Of a stretch of 64,000 nucleotides of DNA, positions 40,409 through 51,777 are shown piece after piece (the stretch's first letter is position 1; every line of letters starts with the position of its first letter). This stretch comes from an uncultured Gemmatimonadales bacterium (GTDB lineage: Bacteria > Gemmatimonadota > Gemmatimonadetes > Longimicrobiales > RSA9), in NCBI GenBank assembly GCA_963741945.1, contig CAVUKA010000001.1:224001-288000 (forward strand), in the 5' to 3' direction. Position numbers and translations under genes: made by a program. A model generated the notes under the pieces. It did no database searches. It was not told the DNA's origin and was given only the letters and a program-made list of their open reading frames with translations.

Positions 40409-41619
40409 CACGCCTCCCTTTCGTCGAGGACGGCCACGCCCGGAAGCGTGCGGCCTTCCAGGAACTCCAGCGACGCGCCGCCGCCGGTGGAGACGTGCGT
40501 CATCCGCTCCTCCAATCCCGCCTCCCGGATGGCCGCCGCCGTATCGCCACCGCCGATGATGGATGTGGCCCCGGCGTGGGTGATGTCCGCTACCGCGCGT
40601 GCCACGCCCTCGGTTCCGCCGCGGAACGGCGCCAGCTCGAACATCCCCATGGGGCCGTTCCACACCACCGTGCGCACCCCCTCCAGGTCCCTGCGGAACG
40701 CGGACACGGAGTGCGGCCCGATGTCCAGGATCTTCCAGCCCGCGGGCACGTCCTCGCGCGCCACCGCCCGCGTGGGCGCGTCCGCCGACGGATCTTCGGC
40801 CACCACGCAGTCCACGGGGAGCCGGAGCTTCGCGCTGGCCCGCTCCAGCAGGTCGGCGGCCATCCCCACCCGGTCCTCCTCCACCAGCGATTCTCCGGTC
40901 TCCAGCCCCATGGCCCGGAAGAACGTGTTCGCCATGGCGCCGCCAATGAGCAGCCGGTCCACGCGCGGCAGCAGGTTCTCGATCACGTCGATCTTCCCCG
41001 AGATCTTCGCGCCTCCGAGAATCGCCACGAACGGCCGTTCCGGCGATTCCATGGCGGCCCCCAGGAAGCGCAGCTCCGCTTCCATGAGCAGTCCGGCCAC
41101 AGCCGGCTTCCCCTGCTTCTTCATCTGCTCCGCCACGCCCACCGTGGACGCGTGCGACCGGTGCGCCGTCCCGAAAGCGTCGTTCACGTACACCGTCCCG
41201 AGCCCGGCCATCTGCTCGGCCAGCGCCGGATCGTCCGTCTCCTCCCCGGGCAGGAAACGCGTGTTCTCCAGAACCAGGATCTCCCCGCCTTGCAGGCCGG
41301 CGGCCGCATCCCGCGCTTCCGCTCCCACGATGTCGGCGACGAACCGCACCGGCACATCCACCAGCTCGCCCAGCCGCTCCGCCATCGGCCGCAGCGACAT
41401 CGACTCCACCCACTTCCCCTTCGGGCGACCCGCGTGCGACATCAGCACCAGCGCCGCACCGCGCTCCAGCAGGTAGCGCAGCGTGGGCAGCGTCGCCGTG
41501 ATCCGCGTGTCGTCCGTCACACGCCCTTCCGACAGCGGCACGTTGTAGTCCACCCGTATGAGCACCCTGCCACCATCCAGGATGCGCGCCGGAAGATCCC
41601 TGATCGTTCGCTTCGTCAT
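40408..41619 (-). CDS. pgk: Phosphoglycerate kinase
   Basis: RVDYNVP, LENTRF, NDAFGTAHR, GGAKISGK, STGGGASLE. Confidence 0.97.
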   Translation of the reverse strand: MTKRTIRDLPARILDGGRVLIRVDYNVPLSEGRVTDDTRITATLPTLRYLLERGAALVLMSHAGRPKGKWVESMSLRPMAERLGELVDVPVRFVADIVGAEARDAAAGLQGGEILVLENTRFLPGEETDDPALAEQMAGLGTVYVNDAFGTAHRSHASTVGVAEQMKKQGKPAVAGLLMEAELRFLGAAMESPERPFVAILGGAKISGKIDVIENLLPRVDRLLIGGAMANTFFRAMGLETGESLVEEDRVGMAADLLERASAKLRLPVDCVVAEDPSADAPTRAVAREDVPAGWKILDIGPHSVSAFRRDLEGVRTVVWNGPMGMFELAPFRGGTEGVARAVADITHAGATSIIGGGDTAAAIREAGLEERMTHVSTGGGASLEFLEGRTLPGVAVLDEREA

Positions 41620-41637
41620 CCCCGTCCTCGAAGTGAA

Positions 41638-41669
41638 AGGAGCCACGGTCCCGCGGGACCGTGGCTCCT
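41638..41669. repeat. Perfect 32-bp palindrome (probable terminator/attenuator hairpin) 19 nt upstream of pgk
   Basis: AGGAGCCACGGTCCCGCGGGACCGTGGCTCCT is its own reverse complement; outer arms GTGAAAG/CTTTCAC. Confidence 0.8.
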
Positions 41670-41704
41670 CGTCTCTTTCACTCGCTGTGCCGCCCCGGCC
41701 GCCC

Positions 41705-41905
41705 TTACGGCGTGGCCGGCTGCTCCGACACCTGCACGCTGAACCGGATGGAGTCCGACCCGCGCGACGAAACCTCCAGCGGCGTCTGGCAGTAGCTGCA
41801 CCGGATCACGGCCATCTCCTGCGCCGGCCCCAGCTCCGCCGTATCCCGGTGACCGCACACCGGGCACCGGTACGTCCCGCTCCGACCCCCTGTCGATTGC
41901 GCCAT
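41705..41905 (-). CDS. Small CxxC-CxxC zinc-finger/ribbon protein (66 aa)
   Basis: YRCPVCGH...IRCSYCQTPL; GGAGGAG RBS before ATG 41905. Confidence 0.7.
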   Translation of the reverse strand: MAQSTGGRSGTYRCPVCGHRDTAELGPAQEMAVIRCSYCQTPLEVSSRGSDSIRFSVQVSEQPATP

Positions 41906-42033
41906 GGACTCCTCCAACTCGGGACGCCGTGCCGCGCACTCTCAGCGCGCGAGATGCATGCCATCTCACCCCGGTTCCCGGCGCATCCGATCCGGACGCA
42001 CGCCCCCCCGGGGTCCCCACGCCCCCCGCATCC

Positions 42034-42062
42034 ACCCTAACCGGCCCCCGGGGCAGCGTCAA
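42034..42062 (-). promoter_or_regulatory. Putative sigma70 promoter for the small zinc-finger gene
   Basis: TTGACG-17bp-TAGGGT. Confidence 0.45.
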
Positions 42063-42119
42063 TAGCGCCAATGTTCCAGCAGTCTCATAGGTCAATTGCC
42101 ATAGCCGCCTGCGCGGCAA

Positions 42120-43882
<1,763 letters not shown>

Positions 43883-43941
43883 GGCTCGAATCCCGCCCCG
43901 GAGCCGGGGCGGCGCCATGGTCGCGCGGGACGGCGCCGGAG

Positions 43942-44784
43942 CTAGTGCTCCGCCCCGGTCAGGAGGGAGGCCCGCATCGCATCGAGGTCGGGCTCGTGGC
44001 GGGGGAACCATTGGCGGAAGCTGGCGGCACCCTGCTGGAGGAGCATCTCCGTCCCATCCGCGGCGACGATCCCCCGTGCTCGTGCCTCGCGCACCCAGCG
44101 CGTTCCGCCCGCCCGGTACACCAGGTCCATCACGGCCCCGACACGTGCGGGGCCCTCGAGGTCGACGGGGTGCGGATCGTCCGGCGCGAGGCCCAGCGTG
44201 GTGGCGTTGACCACGAGGTCGTACCCTTCTCGGCCGAGGCGCGCTCTGTCCTCGAGCACCGTCACCCGGCGCCCGCGGGGATCGAGCGCCGCCGCCACGA
44301 GGCGCGCCCGCTCGGGCGAGCGATTGAGCACGTGGACGGCATCGGCACGGGCGTCCAGGAGACCGGACACCACCGCCCGGGCGGCGCCCCCGGCGCCGAG
44401 GACGAGGGCACGCGCGCCCGCGGGCGAGCCGATCAGCGTGCGGCAGGCGGCCGTGAACCCCGCCACGTCCGTGTTGTCCCCGTGGACCAGCTCGTCCTGT
44501 CCCCAGAACGTGTTGCACGCTCCCGTTCGGGTCACCGCCGCCGTGGGCCGATCGAGCGCGCGCGCGGCCGCCGTCTTGTGGGGGAGCGTCACGTTCCCGC
44601 CACCCCCGGCGAGAGCGACGGCGCGCAGCAGGGCGGGCAGGATGGCCGCGTCGCAGCGGAGCGCGAGGTAGACGGCATCGAGGTCGGCGGCCCGGAGCGC
44701 CGCGTTCTGAAACCGCGGTGAAAGGGAGTGCTCCACGGGATCGCCCAGGAGCGCCAGCAGCCGGGTTCCCGCGCCGGGGTTCAC
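43942..44784 (-). CDS. aroE: Shikimate dehydrogenase
   Basis: GDPVEHSLSP, NVTLPHK, NTD, GAGGAA, NATTLG. Confidence 0.93.
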   Translation of the reverse strand: MNPGAGTRLLALLGDPVEHSLSPRFQNAALRAADLDAVYLALRCDAAILPALLRAVALAGGGGNVTLPHKTAAARALDRPTAAVTRTGACNTFWGQDELVHGDNTDVAGFTAACRTLIGSPAGARALVLGAGGAARAVVSGLLDARADAVHVLNRSPERARLVAAALDPRGRRVTVLEDRARLGREGYDLVVNATTLGLAPDDPHPVDLEGPARVGAVMDLVYRAGGTRWVREARARGIVAADGTEMLLQQGAASFRQWFPRHEPDLDAMRASLLTGAEH

Positions 44785-44797
44785 GGGCGTGGCGGCC

Positions 44798-45289
44798 TCA
44801 GGGGGCGAGGATCGGCTCGAGGCCGGCCAGGACTGCGCTCACCGCCTCGGCGATCTCGTCCCGGGTGGCCCGGTACACGGCCAGGTCCCCGCCGATCGGA
44901 TCGACCACGGGCTGGCCCGCGCGCTCGTCCGGCAGGAACTCCGTGAGAAGCGCCACCTTGTCCTCGCCGCCCATGGCGTGCACGGCGTCCATGTGACTCC
45001 CGCTCATGACCAGGATGGTGTCCGCCCACTCCACCAGCTCCGGGGTCAGCATCGAGGCCTCGTGCGCCCCCAGCTCTACCCCGGCCTCCGCGAGCACGAC
45101 GGGGACCGCCTCGGATGCCGGTGACCCGGGCAGCGCAGCAATCCCCGCGGAGCGCACCGAAACCTGGTTCCAGCCGCGCTCCTCGAGCGCGTGTCGCGCG
45201 AGCGCCGCGGCCATCGGACTGCGGCAGGTGTTCCCCGTGCACACGAACAGGAGGTTGTAGCTGGTCCCCGCCGAACCGTTTTCGCTCAT
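44798..45289 (-). CDS. Low-molecular-weight protein phosphatase, YwlE-like (arginine) signature
   Basis: FVCTGNTCRSPMA P-loop, DPIG acid loop. Confidence 0.88.
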   Translation of the reverse strand: MSENGSAGTSYNLLFVCTGNTCRSPMAAALARHALEERGWNQVSVRSAGIAALPGSPASEAVPVVLAEAGVELGAHEASMLTPELVEWADTILVMSGSHMDAVHAMGGEDKVALLTEFLPDERAGQPVVDPIGGDLAVYRATRDEIAEAVSAVLAGLEPILAP

Positions 45290-45909
45290 CGGATATCCAC
45301 CAGGGCTGTCAGCTCCGACGTCGGGATCGCCCCTTCACGGAGCACCCGGACTCCCTCACCACAACGCACGATCGTCGACGGAAGGGCGAACGGCAACTCG
45401 CCCGCGTCCAGCACGAGCGCGCCCGGAATGGCTGCGGCCACGACGCCGGCCGCCTCTCCGCTCCGGGCGGGCGGGCGGCCGGGCAGGTTGGCGCTGGTCG
45501 ACGTGACCGGGCCGCCCGCCGCCGCGAGCAGGTCCGTCACGGCAGGGTGCGGCGAAACGCGGACGGCCACGGCACCATCCGGACCTACGACCTGTGCGGG
45601 GAAACGGCCGGGCGGCGCGCTCAGGGCCAGCGTGAGCGGACCCGGCCAGAACCGCTCGGCCAACCGATCCGCCTCGGCCGTCCAGACCAGGTCCTCCACA
45701 TCGGACCGCCCGCGGATCAACACGAGGAACGGCCGGCCAGCCTTGAACGCGGCCAGGGCTTCCAGCGCTCGCGGCAGCAGCGTGCACCCCACACCGTACA
45801 CGGTCTCCGTGGGGTAGACGACGAGACCCCCCCGCGTCAGGTGCCTCTCGACCGCCTCTCCGGCCGCGGAACGATCGGCGGCCGACCCGTACGGCACACG
45901 CCCGCTCAC
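45286..45909 (-). CDS. tsaC: L-threonylcarbamoyladenylate synthase (TsaC/Sua5 YrdC domain)
   Basis: YPTETVYG, FWPGPLT, STSANL, PSTIV. Confidence 0.9.
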   Translation of the reverse strand: MSGRVPYGSAADRSAAGEAVERHLTRGGLVVYPTETVYGVGCTLLPRALEALAAFKAGRPFLVLIRGRSDVEDLVWTAEADRLAERFWPGPLTLALSAPPGRFPAQVVGPDGAVAVRVSPHPAVTDLLAAAGGPVTSTSANLPGRPPARSGEAAGVVAAAIPGALVLDAGELPFALPSTIVRCGEGVRVLREGAIPTSELTALVDIR

Positions 45910-46601
45910 CGGCCCGCCGCCTCCACACCGGCCCCGCCAGCGCGCAGCAGCGCTTCCGCCACACGCAGATCGGCGGGCCGCGTCACTTTCAGGTTGCGCG
46001 CGCTCCCCTCGACCACCACCACGCGACCTCCATAGTGCTCCACCAGCGCTGCGTCGTCCGTCGCTTCCACCCCGTCCGTCGCCGCACGGGCGTACGTCTC
46101 CACGATGAGGGCGCGGGGAAAGGCCTGCGGCGTCTGCGCGGACCACAGCGCCTCTCTCGGCGCCGTCGCCGTGACGGCGCCGCTCTCGTCCACTCGCTTC
46201 AGGGTGTCGGACACGGGAACGGCCGCGATCACACTCACTCCGCCCGCGGCGACCGCCACCACCCGGTCCAGCACCGACCGCTCCAGCAGCGGACGGGCGG
46301 CGTCGTGGATGAACACGGCGTCGGCCTCGGGCGGCACGGCCGCCAGCGCAGCCCGCACCGACGCGCCGCGCGTGGACCCGCCGGCCACGATGGTCACCGT
46401 CGCCGGGAGCGGAACGGGAGGATCGGCAACCTCCTCCGGGGGAAGGGCCACGATGACCCACTCGAACGCCGCGTGGTCCAGGAAAGGCTGGACCGCACGG
46501 CGCAGCACGGGCACGCCCGCGAGCAGGAGGTACTGCTTGCGCTTCCCGCTGCCCATGCGGGTGCCCCCGCCGGCCGCGGGGATCACGGCCGCCGCCCTCA
46601 C
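45906..46601 (-). CDS. ispD: 2-C-methyl-D-erythritol 4-phosphate cytidylyltransferase
   Basis: PAAGGGTRM, IHDAARP, AQTPQAF, TDDA, NLKVT. Confidence 0.95.
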   Translation of the reverse strand: MRAAAVIPAAGGGTRMGSGKRKQYLLLAGVPVLRRAVQPFLDHAAFEWVIVALPPEEVADPPVPLPATVTIVAGGSTRGASVRAALAAVPPEADAVFIHDAARPLLERSVLDRVVAVAAGGVSVIAAVPVSDTLKRVDESGAVTATAPREALWSAQTPQAFPRALIVETYARAATDGVEATDDAALVEHYGGRVVVVEGSARNLKVTRPADLRVAEALLRAGGAGVEAAGR

Positions 46602-47962
46602 AGCGCCTCCAGCACGTCGCGGATGGTGGCGGCGAGGACCACCTCGAGGTCGACCGTGGGTCGCGCCCGCGCCGGGATGACGGCCGTCCGGAAGCCCAGG
46701 CGCTCCGCTTCCCCCAGCCGTCGCTCCAGCTGGCTGACCGCCCGCAGCTCGCCGCCCAGCCCCATTTCCCCGACGAACACCGTGTCCCCCGGAATGGCAC
46801 GGTCGAGAAGGGCGCTCGCCAGCGCCGCCACGACGCCGGCGTCGGCGGCGGGCTCCGTGAGCCGGACGCCACCCACCACGTTCAGGAAGACATCCTGCTC
46901 GCCGAACGCGAGCCCCGCCCGCTTCTCCAGCACGGCCAGGAGGAGCGCCAGACGCTGGCGATCGAAGCCCGTCGTGACCCGCTGTGGCGCGCCGTAGGCC
47001 GACCGGGTGCAGAGCGCCTGCACCTCCACCAGGAGCGGCCGCGTCCCTTCCAGCGTGCACACCACCGCGGTCCCGCTCACCCCTTCCGTGCGCTCCCCCA
47101 GGAAGAGCTCCGACGGGCTGTCCACCGCTTCCAGCCCCTCGGACGTCATCCGGAACACGCCGATCTCGTCCACGCCGCCGAACCGGTTCTTGTTCGCACG
47201 CAGGACCCGGTGGTCCAGGCTCCGACTCCCCTCGAAGTAGAGGACCGTGTCCACGATATGCTCCAGCGTGCGCGGTCCCGCCACCGTACCGCCCTTCGTC
47301 ACGTGCCCCACGAGGAACACCGCCGTGGACGTCTCCTTGGCGAACCGCTGGAGCCGGGCCGCGCACTCCCGCACCTGCGTCACGTTCCCCGGCGCGCCGT
47401 CGAGGTCTTCCGTGTACGTGGTCTGGATCGAGTCCACCACCAGCGCGGCGGGGCGCTGTTCCGCAGCCCGCTCCAGGATCGTCCCGAGCTCGGTCTCGCC
47501 CAGGAAGATGACGTCGGCCGCCCCGCCACCGAGCCGGTCCGCCCGCAGGCGCACCTGGGCCGCCGATTCCTCACCGGAGATGTAGAGCGTGGCGCGGCCG
47601 GAGGCCTGGAGCCGCGCGGCCACCTGGAGGAGGAGCGTGCTCTTCCCGATCCCCGGCTCTCCTCCCAGCAGGATCAGCGACCCGGGGACCACGCCACCGC
47701 CCAGCACGAAGTCCAGCTCGCGAATGCCGGTGGACCAGCGGCCCGTGGCGTCGGGGCGCACCTCGCTCAACGGCGCCGCCCGTGCCGGCTCGGCCGCCTG
47801 GAAGGCGCGGCCGTGTCGGGATCCGCCTTTCCTGGCGCCGGCAGTGGTCGCGCGCGGCTCCTCGGCCAGGCTGTTCCACGCGCCGCAGGCGGGGCACTGC
47901 CCCTGCCAGCGCGGCGTCTCGTTGCCGCATTCGGTGCAGAAGAAAGCCGTGCGTGTCTTCAC
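46598..47962 (-). CDS. radA: DNA repair protein RadA/Sms
   Basis: CTEC/CPAC zinc finger, GEPGIGKST, KNRFG. Confidence 0.97.
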   Translation of the reverse strand: MKTRTAFFCTECGNETPRWQGQCPACGAWNSLAEEPRATTAGARKGGSRHGRAFQAAEPARAAPLSEVRPDATGRWSTGIRELDFVLGGGVVPGSLILLGGEPGIGKSTLLLQVAARLQASGRATLYISGEESAAQVRLRADRLGGGAADVIFLGETELGTILERAAEQRPAALVVDSIQTTYTEDLDGAPGNVTQVRECAARLQRFAKETSTAVFLVGHVTKGGTVAGPRTLEHIVDTVLYFEGSRSLDHRVLRANKNRFGGVDEIGVFRMTSEGLEAVDSPSELFLGERTEGVSGTAVVCTLEGTRPLLVEVQALCTRSAYGAPQRVTTGFDRQRLALLLAVLEKRAGLAFGEQDVFLNVVGGVRLTEPAADAGVVAALASALLDRAIPGDTVFVGEMGLGGELRAVSQLERRLGEAERLGFRTAVIPARARPTVDLEVVLAATIRDVLEAL

Positions 47963-48059
47963 GTGGTGGCCGTGTTCGTGCTCGATCGGGGTCGCGGTCG
48001 GCCTCGTCGGCGGTGGTGCCGGTATGCGTGCGGCGCCGTCGGCGCCCGGCGCTGGGGGC

Positions 48060-49448
48060 CTAGAACGGCTCGCTCTGCGCCAGCGACTCGAAGCGCGTGC
48101 TCTCCTTGCGGAAGAAGAGCTCGACGATCCCCGTGGGTCCGTTCCGCTGCTTGCCGATGATCAGCTCCGCCTTCCCGGCCAGCCCCTGCTCCTGCGCTTC
48201 CATGTCGGATAGATAGTACTCGGGGCGGTACAGGAACATGACCAGATCGGCATCCTGCTCGATGGAACCGGACTCCCTCAGGTCCGACAGCTGCGGCCGG
48301 TGGTCGCTCCGCTGCTCCGGCGCACGCGAAAGCTGCGAAAGCGCGATCACGGGCACTTCCAGCTCCTTGGCCAGCGCTTTCAGACCGCGGCTGATCTCGC
48401 TCACTTCCTGCTGCCGGTTCTCGGCGTTCTTCGCCCCGCCCTGCATCAGCTGGAGGTAGTCCACCACCACGAGACCCAGCTCCGGCTGCTCCGTCTTCAG
48501 ACGCCTGGCCTTCCCCCGCATCTCCAGCACGTTCAGCGCGCCGGAATCGTCGATCCAGATCGGGGCGGTGTTCAGGTGCGCCGCCGCCTGCGCCAGCCGG
48601 ACGTAGTCGTCGTCCGTGAGTCGGCCGCGCAGCAGTCGGCCCAGGTCCACCAGCGCTTCCGAGCACAGCATCCGCTGCACGAGCTGCTCTTTCGACATCT
48701 CCAGCGAGAAGAGCGCGACCGGGGTCTGCTGGCTGATCGCCGCGTGGAGCAGCAGCGAGATCACCAGCGCCGTCTTCCCCATGGACGGCCGCGCGGCGAT
48801 GATGACCAGGTCCCCCTTCTGGAACCCGCCCGTCTTCCCATCCAGGTCGGGGAAGCCGGTGCCCACGCCCGTGATCCCGCCCTGCGCGGCCTGCAGCTGC
48901 TCGATCCGCTCGAACGTGGGATACAGGATCTTCTTGATCCACACGAACCCCTGTCGCTCGTGCGACTGCGCCACCTGGAAGATCCGGTGCTCCGCCCCGT
49001 CCAGGAGCTCCTCCACCGTGCGCTCCCCCGGCTGATAGACGTCCTGGATGATCGATGACGACGCCTCGATCAGCCGCCGCATCAGCGCCCGCTCCCGGAC
49101 GATCCGGGCGTGGTAATCGATGTTCGCGGCCGTGGGAACGGCGTCGAGGAGCTCCGCCAGGTACGGCAGCCCGCCCGCCTGCTCCATCTCCCCCGTCTGC
49201 CGCAGGTCCTCCGCTACCGTGGTCGGGTCCACCACTTCCCCGCGCTGGAACAGGCGGGCCATGGAACGGAAGACCCGGCGGTGCCCCTCGCGGTAGAACA
49301 TGGAGTCGTCCAGCACCTCCACGGCCTTGGCAACGGCGTCCCCGTCGATCAGCATGCCGCCGAGCACGCTCACCTCCGCCTCAGCTGCGTAGGGCAGCTG
49401 GCGATCCGGGGCGCGGAACGGAATGATTTCCGGCTCAGACGTGCTCAT
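48060..49448 (-). CDS. dnaB: Replicative DNA helicase
   Basis: AARPSMGKT, DYLQL, SQLSR, DLRESGSIEQDAD, KQRNGP. Confidence 0.97.
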   Translation of the reverse strand: MSTSEPEIIPFRAPDRQLPYAAEAEVSVLGGMLIDGDAVAKAVEVLDDSMFYREGHRRVFRSMARLFQRGEVVDPTTVAEDLRQTGEMEQAGGLPYLAELLDAVPTAANIDYHARIVRERALMRRLIEASSSIIQDVYQPGERTVEELLDGAEHRIFQVAQSHERQGFVWIKKILYPTFERIEQLQAAQGGITGVGTGFPDLDGKTGGFQKGDLVIIAARPSMGKTALVISLLLHAAISQQTPVALFSLEMSKEQLVQRMLCSEALVDLGRLLRGRLTDDDYVRLAQAAAHLNTAPIWIDDSGALNVLEMRGKARRLKTEQPELGLVVVDYLQLMQGGAKNAENRQQEVSEISRGLKALAKELEVPVIALSQLSRAPEQRSDHRPQLSDLRESGSIEQDADLVMFLYRPEYYLSDMEAQEQGLAGKAELIIGKQRNGPTGIVELFFRKESTRFESLAQSEPF

Positions 49449-50208
49449 CCAGCACCTGTCTCATGAGTTGCAGGTCTTGCCATGTCTTCCGTGTCGCGGC
49501 CGGGCTCCGCAGCAGGTACGCCGGGTGATACGTCGCCACCACGGGGATGCCGCGGTACGTGTGCACCTGGCCCCGCAGCCGGCCGATGGGGGCTTCCGTG
49601 CCCGTGAGCATCTGCGCCGAGAACTTCCCCGCGGCCAGGAGGACCTTGGGCGCGATGGTCTCCAGCTGCTGATGGAGGTAGGGGGAGCACGCGGCCACCT
49701 CGTCCGCCATGGGGTCCCGGTTGCCCGGGGGACGACACTTGAGGACGTTGCAGATGTACACGCTCTCGCGATCGAACCCCACCGACAGCAGCAACAGGTC
49801 CAGCAGCTTCCCCGCCGGCCCGACGAACGGCTCTCCCGTCCGATCCTCCTCGCCGCCCGGCGCCTCGCCCACCACCACCAGATCGGCCCGCTCGCTGCCC
49901 CGCCCGAAGACCACGTTCCGCCGGCCTTCGCTCAGGCGGCAGCGCGTGCACCCGCTCGCTTCCGCCCGCAGGACGGACAGCGCCCGCCCACCGGACCCCG
50001 CCTCCACCGCCCCGCCGGACGCCCGCTCGGGCTGCGCCACGGACGCCGCTCTCGGCAAGGCCGCGACCTGTGCCGCCACGGCTTCCACGGGACCCCGCCG
50101 AAGCAGGCTCACCGCTTCTTCGGCAGTCATGGAATCGAGATACAGCTCGTCGATGCCGAGCTCACGGAGCTCGCGCAGCACGGCGGCGATGGTCGCCTGT
50201 TCGTCCAC
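49435..50208 (-). CDS. Uracil-DNA glycosylase family 4 (Fe-S)
   Basis: CTRC, GEAPG, PFVGPAG, KCRPPGNR, YHPAYLLR. Confidence 0.93.
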   Translation of the reverse strand: MDEQATIAAVLRELRELGIDELYLDSMTAEEAVSLLRRGPVEAVAAQVAALPRAASVAQPERASGGAVEAGSGGRALSVLRAEASGCTRCRLSEGRRNVVFGRGSERADLVVVGEAPGGEEDRTGEPFVGPAGKLLDLLLLSVGFDRESVYICNVLKCRPPGNRDPMADEVAACSPYLHQQLETIAPKVLLAAGKFSAQMLTGTEAPIGRLRGQVHTYRGIPVVATYHPAYLLRSPAATRKTWQDLQLMRQVLDEHV

Positions 50209-50211
50209 CGT

Positions 50212-51462
50212 CTACCCGTCCGGGAACGGCAGCCGCCGCTCCACCCGGTCGAGGATGCGCTCCGCCACTTCCTCTTTCGCGAGCAGCGGCAGCGCCTCCG
50301 TCTCGCCTTCGCGCTCCAGCAGGACCACCCGGTTGGTCTCCGCCTCGAAGCCCGTCTCCGGCCCCACCTGGTTCAGCACCACCAGGTCGAGTCCCTTGGC
50401 CACGAGCTTCCGGCGAGCTTCCTCCTCCCCAGCCTCCGTCTCCAGGGCGAAGCCCACCACCACGCACCCCGAGCGACGATCCTGCTGCGTATCCAGCAGA
50501 ATGTCGGGGGCGGGATCGAGCGCCAGCGTGTCCGGCGCGCTCTCCTTCTTCAGCTTGGTGGTCGCCGGCGAGCGCGGCCGGAAGTCCGCCGGGGCCGCCG
50601 CCATGATCAGAACATCCGCGTCCGCCAGCGCTCTGCGCACCGCGTTCAACAGCTCGGCCGCGCTCTCCACGCGCTGGACCCGCGGTCCGGGCGGAGGCGG
50701 GAGCAGCGTCGGGCCGGCGATGAGGGTGACTTCCGCCCCACGTCGCCATGCCGCCGCGGCCAGCGCGAAGCCCATCCGCCCGCTCGATCGGTTGGACAGG
50801 AAACGTACGGGATCGATCGCCTCTCGCGTGGGCCCTGCCGTCACGACCACCCGCCGCCCCGTGAATCGGCCCGATGGCTGGAGCGCGCGACCCACGTGCT
50901 CAACGATCGTTTCCGGGTCCTCCATCCGCCCCGGGCCACTCCCCTCGCCGTACGCCAGCGGGCCATTCGCCGGCCCCACCATCCGGTAGCCCAGCTCGAC
51001 CAGCCGCTGCGCGTTCACCTGCGTGGCCGGATGCGCCCACATCCCATCGTTCATCGCCGGACAGACCAGCACGGGTGACCGCGTGGCAAGCAGGATGGCG
51101 TTCAGCAGACTGTCCGACCGCCCCACCGCGGCACGCGCCATGAAGTCCGCGGTGGCCGGGGCCACGCAGATCGCCGCGGCTTCACGCGCCAGACGGATGT
51201 GGTCGAGGGCGTGGCCCGGCTCCAGCAGGTCGGAGCGCACACGGCGCCCGGTCACACCTTCGAAGGAAACCTCTCCCACGAAAGCCCGAGCCGAGCGGCT
51301 CATGACCACGTCCACCTCGGCGCCCCGGCGCGTCAGGTCCCGCGCCACCTGGACCACTTTGTACGCCGCAATCCCGCCGGTGACGCCCAGGAGCACACGC
51401 TTCCCGAGCCAGGGCCGCACGGGCCCCGTCCCGGATTCATGGCCCGGCCGCGGGGTCGCCAT
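50212..51462 (-). CDS. coaBC: Bifunctional PPC decarboxylase / PPC synthetase
   Basis: GGIAAYK, PAMN, TAGPTREAIDPVRFLSNRSSGRMG, VGFALET. Confidence 0.96.
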   Translation of the reverse strand: MATPRPGHESGTGPVRPWLGKRVLLGVTGGIAAYKVVQVARDLTRRGAEVDVVMSRSARAFVGEVSFEGVTGRRVRSDLLEPGHALDHIRLAREAAAICVAPATADFMARAAVGRSDSLLNAILLATRSPVLVCPAMNDGMWAHPATQVNAQRLVELGYRMVGPANGPLAYGEGSGPGRMEDPETIVEHVGRALQPSGRFTGRRVVVTAGPTREAIDPVRFLSNRSSGRMGFALAAAAWRRGAEVTLIAGPTLLPPPPGPRVQRVESAAELLNAVRRALADADVLIMAAAPADFRPRSPATTKLKKESAPDTLALDPAPDILLDTQQDRRSGCVVVGFALETEAGEEEARRKLVAKGLDLVVLNQVGPETGFEAETNRVVLLEREGETEALPLLAKEEVAERILDRVERRLPFPDG

Positions 51463-51474
51463 GGCGGGCGTCGC

Positions 51475-51693
51475 TTACAGGGAGGCGCCCCGGCGCCGCT
51501 TGATCAGACGGAACTCGATATTGCCGGCCGCGAGCGCTTCCAACGCCCGCGTGGTCAGCTTCTTACGCAGCCCGGTGGGAACGGTCTCGCGCGGGAGGGC
51601 GTTCAGCTCGCGGGCATACTTCGCCGCGACCAGAACGCCAAGATACTTACTGCCGGTGTGCTCGGAGGTGGCTCCGGGCGTGACGACGTCCAT
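51475..51693 (-). CDS. rpoZ: RNA polymerase omega subunit
   Basis: SKYLGVLVAAKYAREL...KLTTRALE; located between gmk and coaBC. Confidence 0.88.
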   Translation of the reverse strand: MDVVTPGATSEHTGSKYLGVLVAAKYARELNALPRETVPTGLRKKLTTRALEALAAGNIEFRLIKRRRGASL

Positions 51694-51732
51694 GTTTCCT
51701 TCACTCTCTGGGGTGCGTGGCCTAGACCGAAA

Positions 51733-51762
51733 AAGGTAAGCCCGGCCGTACCTTGAGGTCAA
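51733..51762 (-). promoter_or_regulatory. Putative sigma70 promoter of rpoZ
   Basis: TTGACC-18bp-TACCTT. Confidence 0.45.
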
Positions 51763-51777
51763 TCGCCCGCTGGATCC

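Noticed and set aside
48060-49448. Intein in dnaB
   Set aside because: The protein is normal length (462 aa) with continuous motifs.
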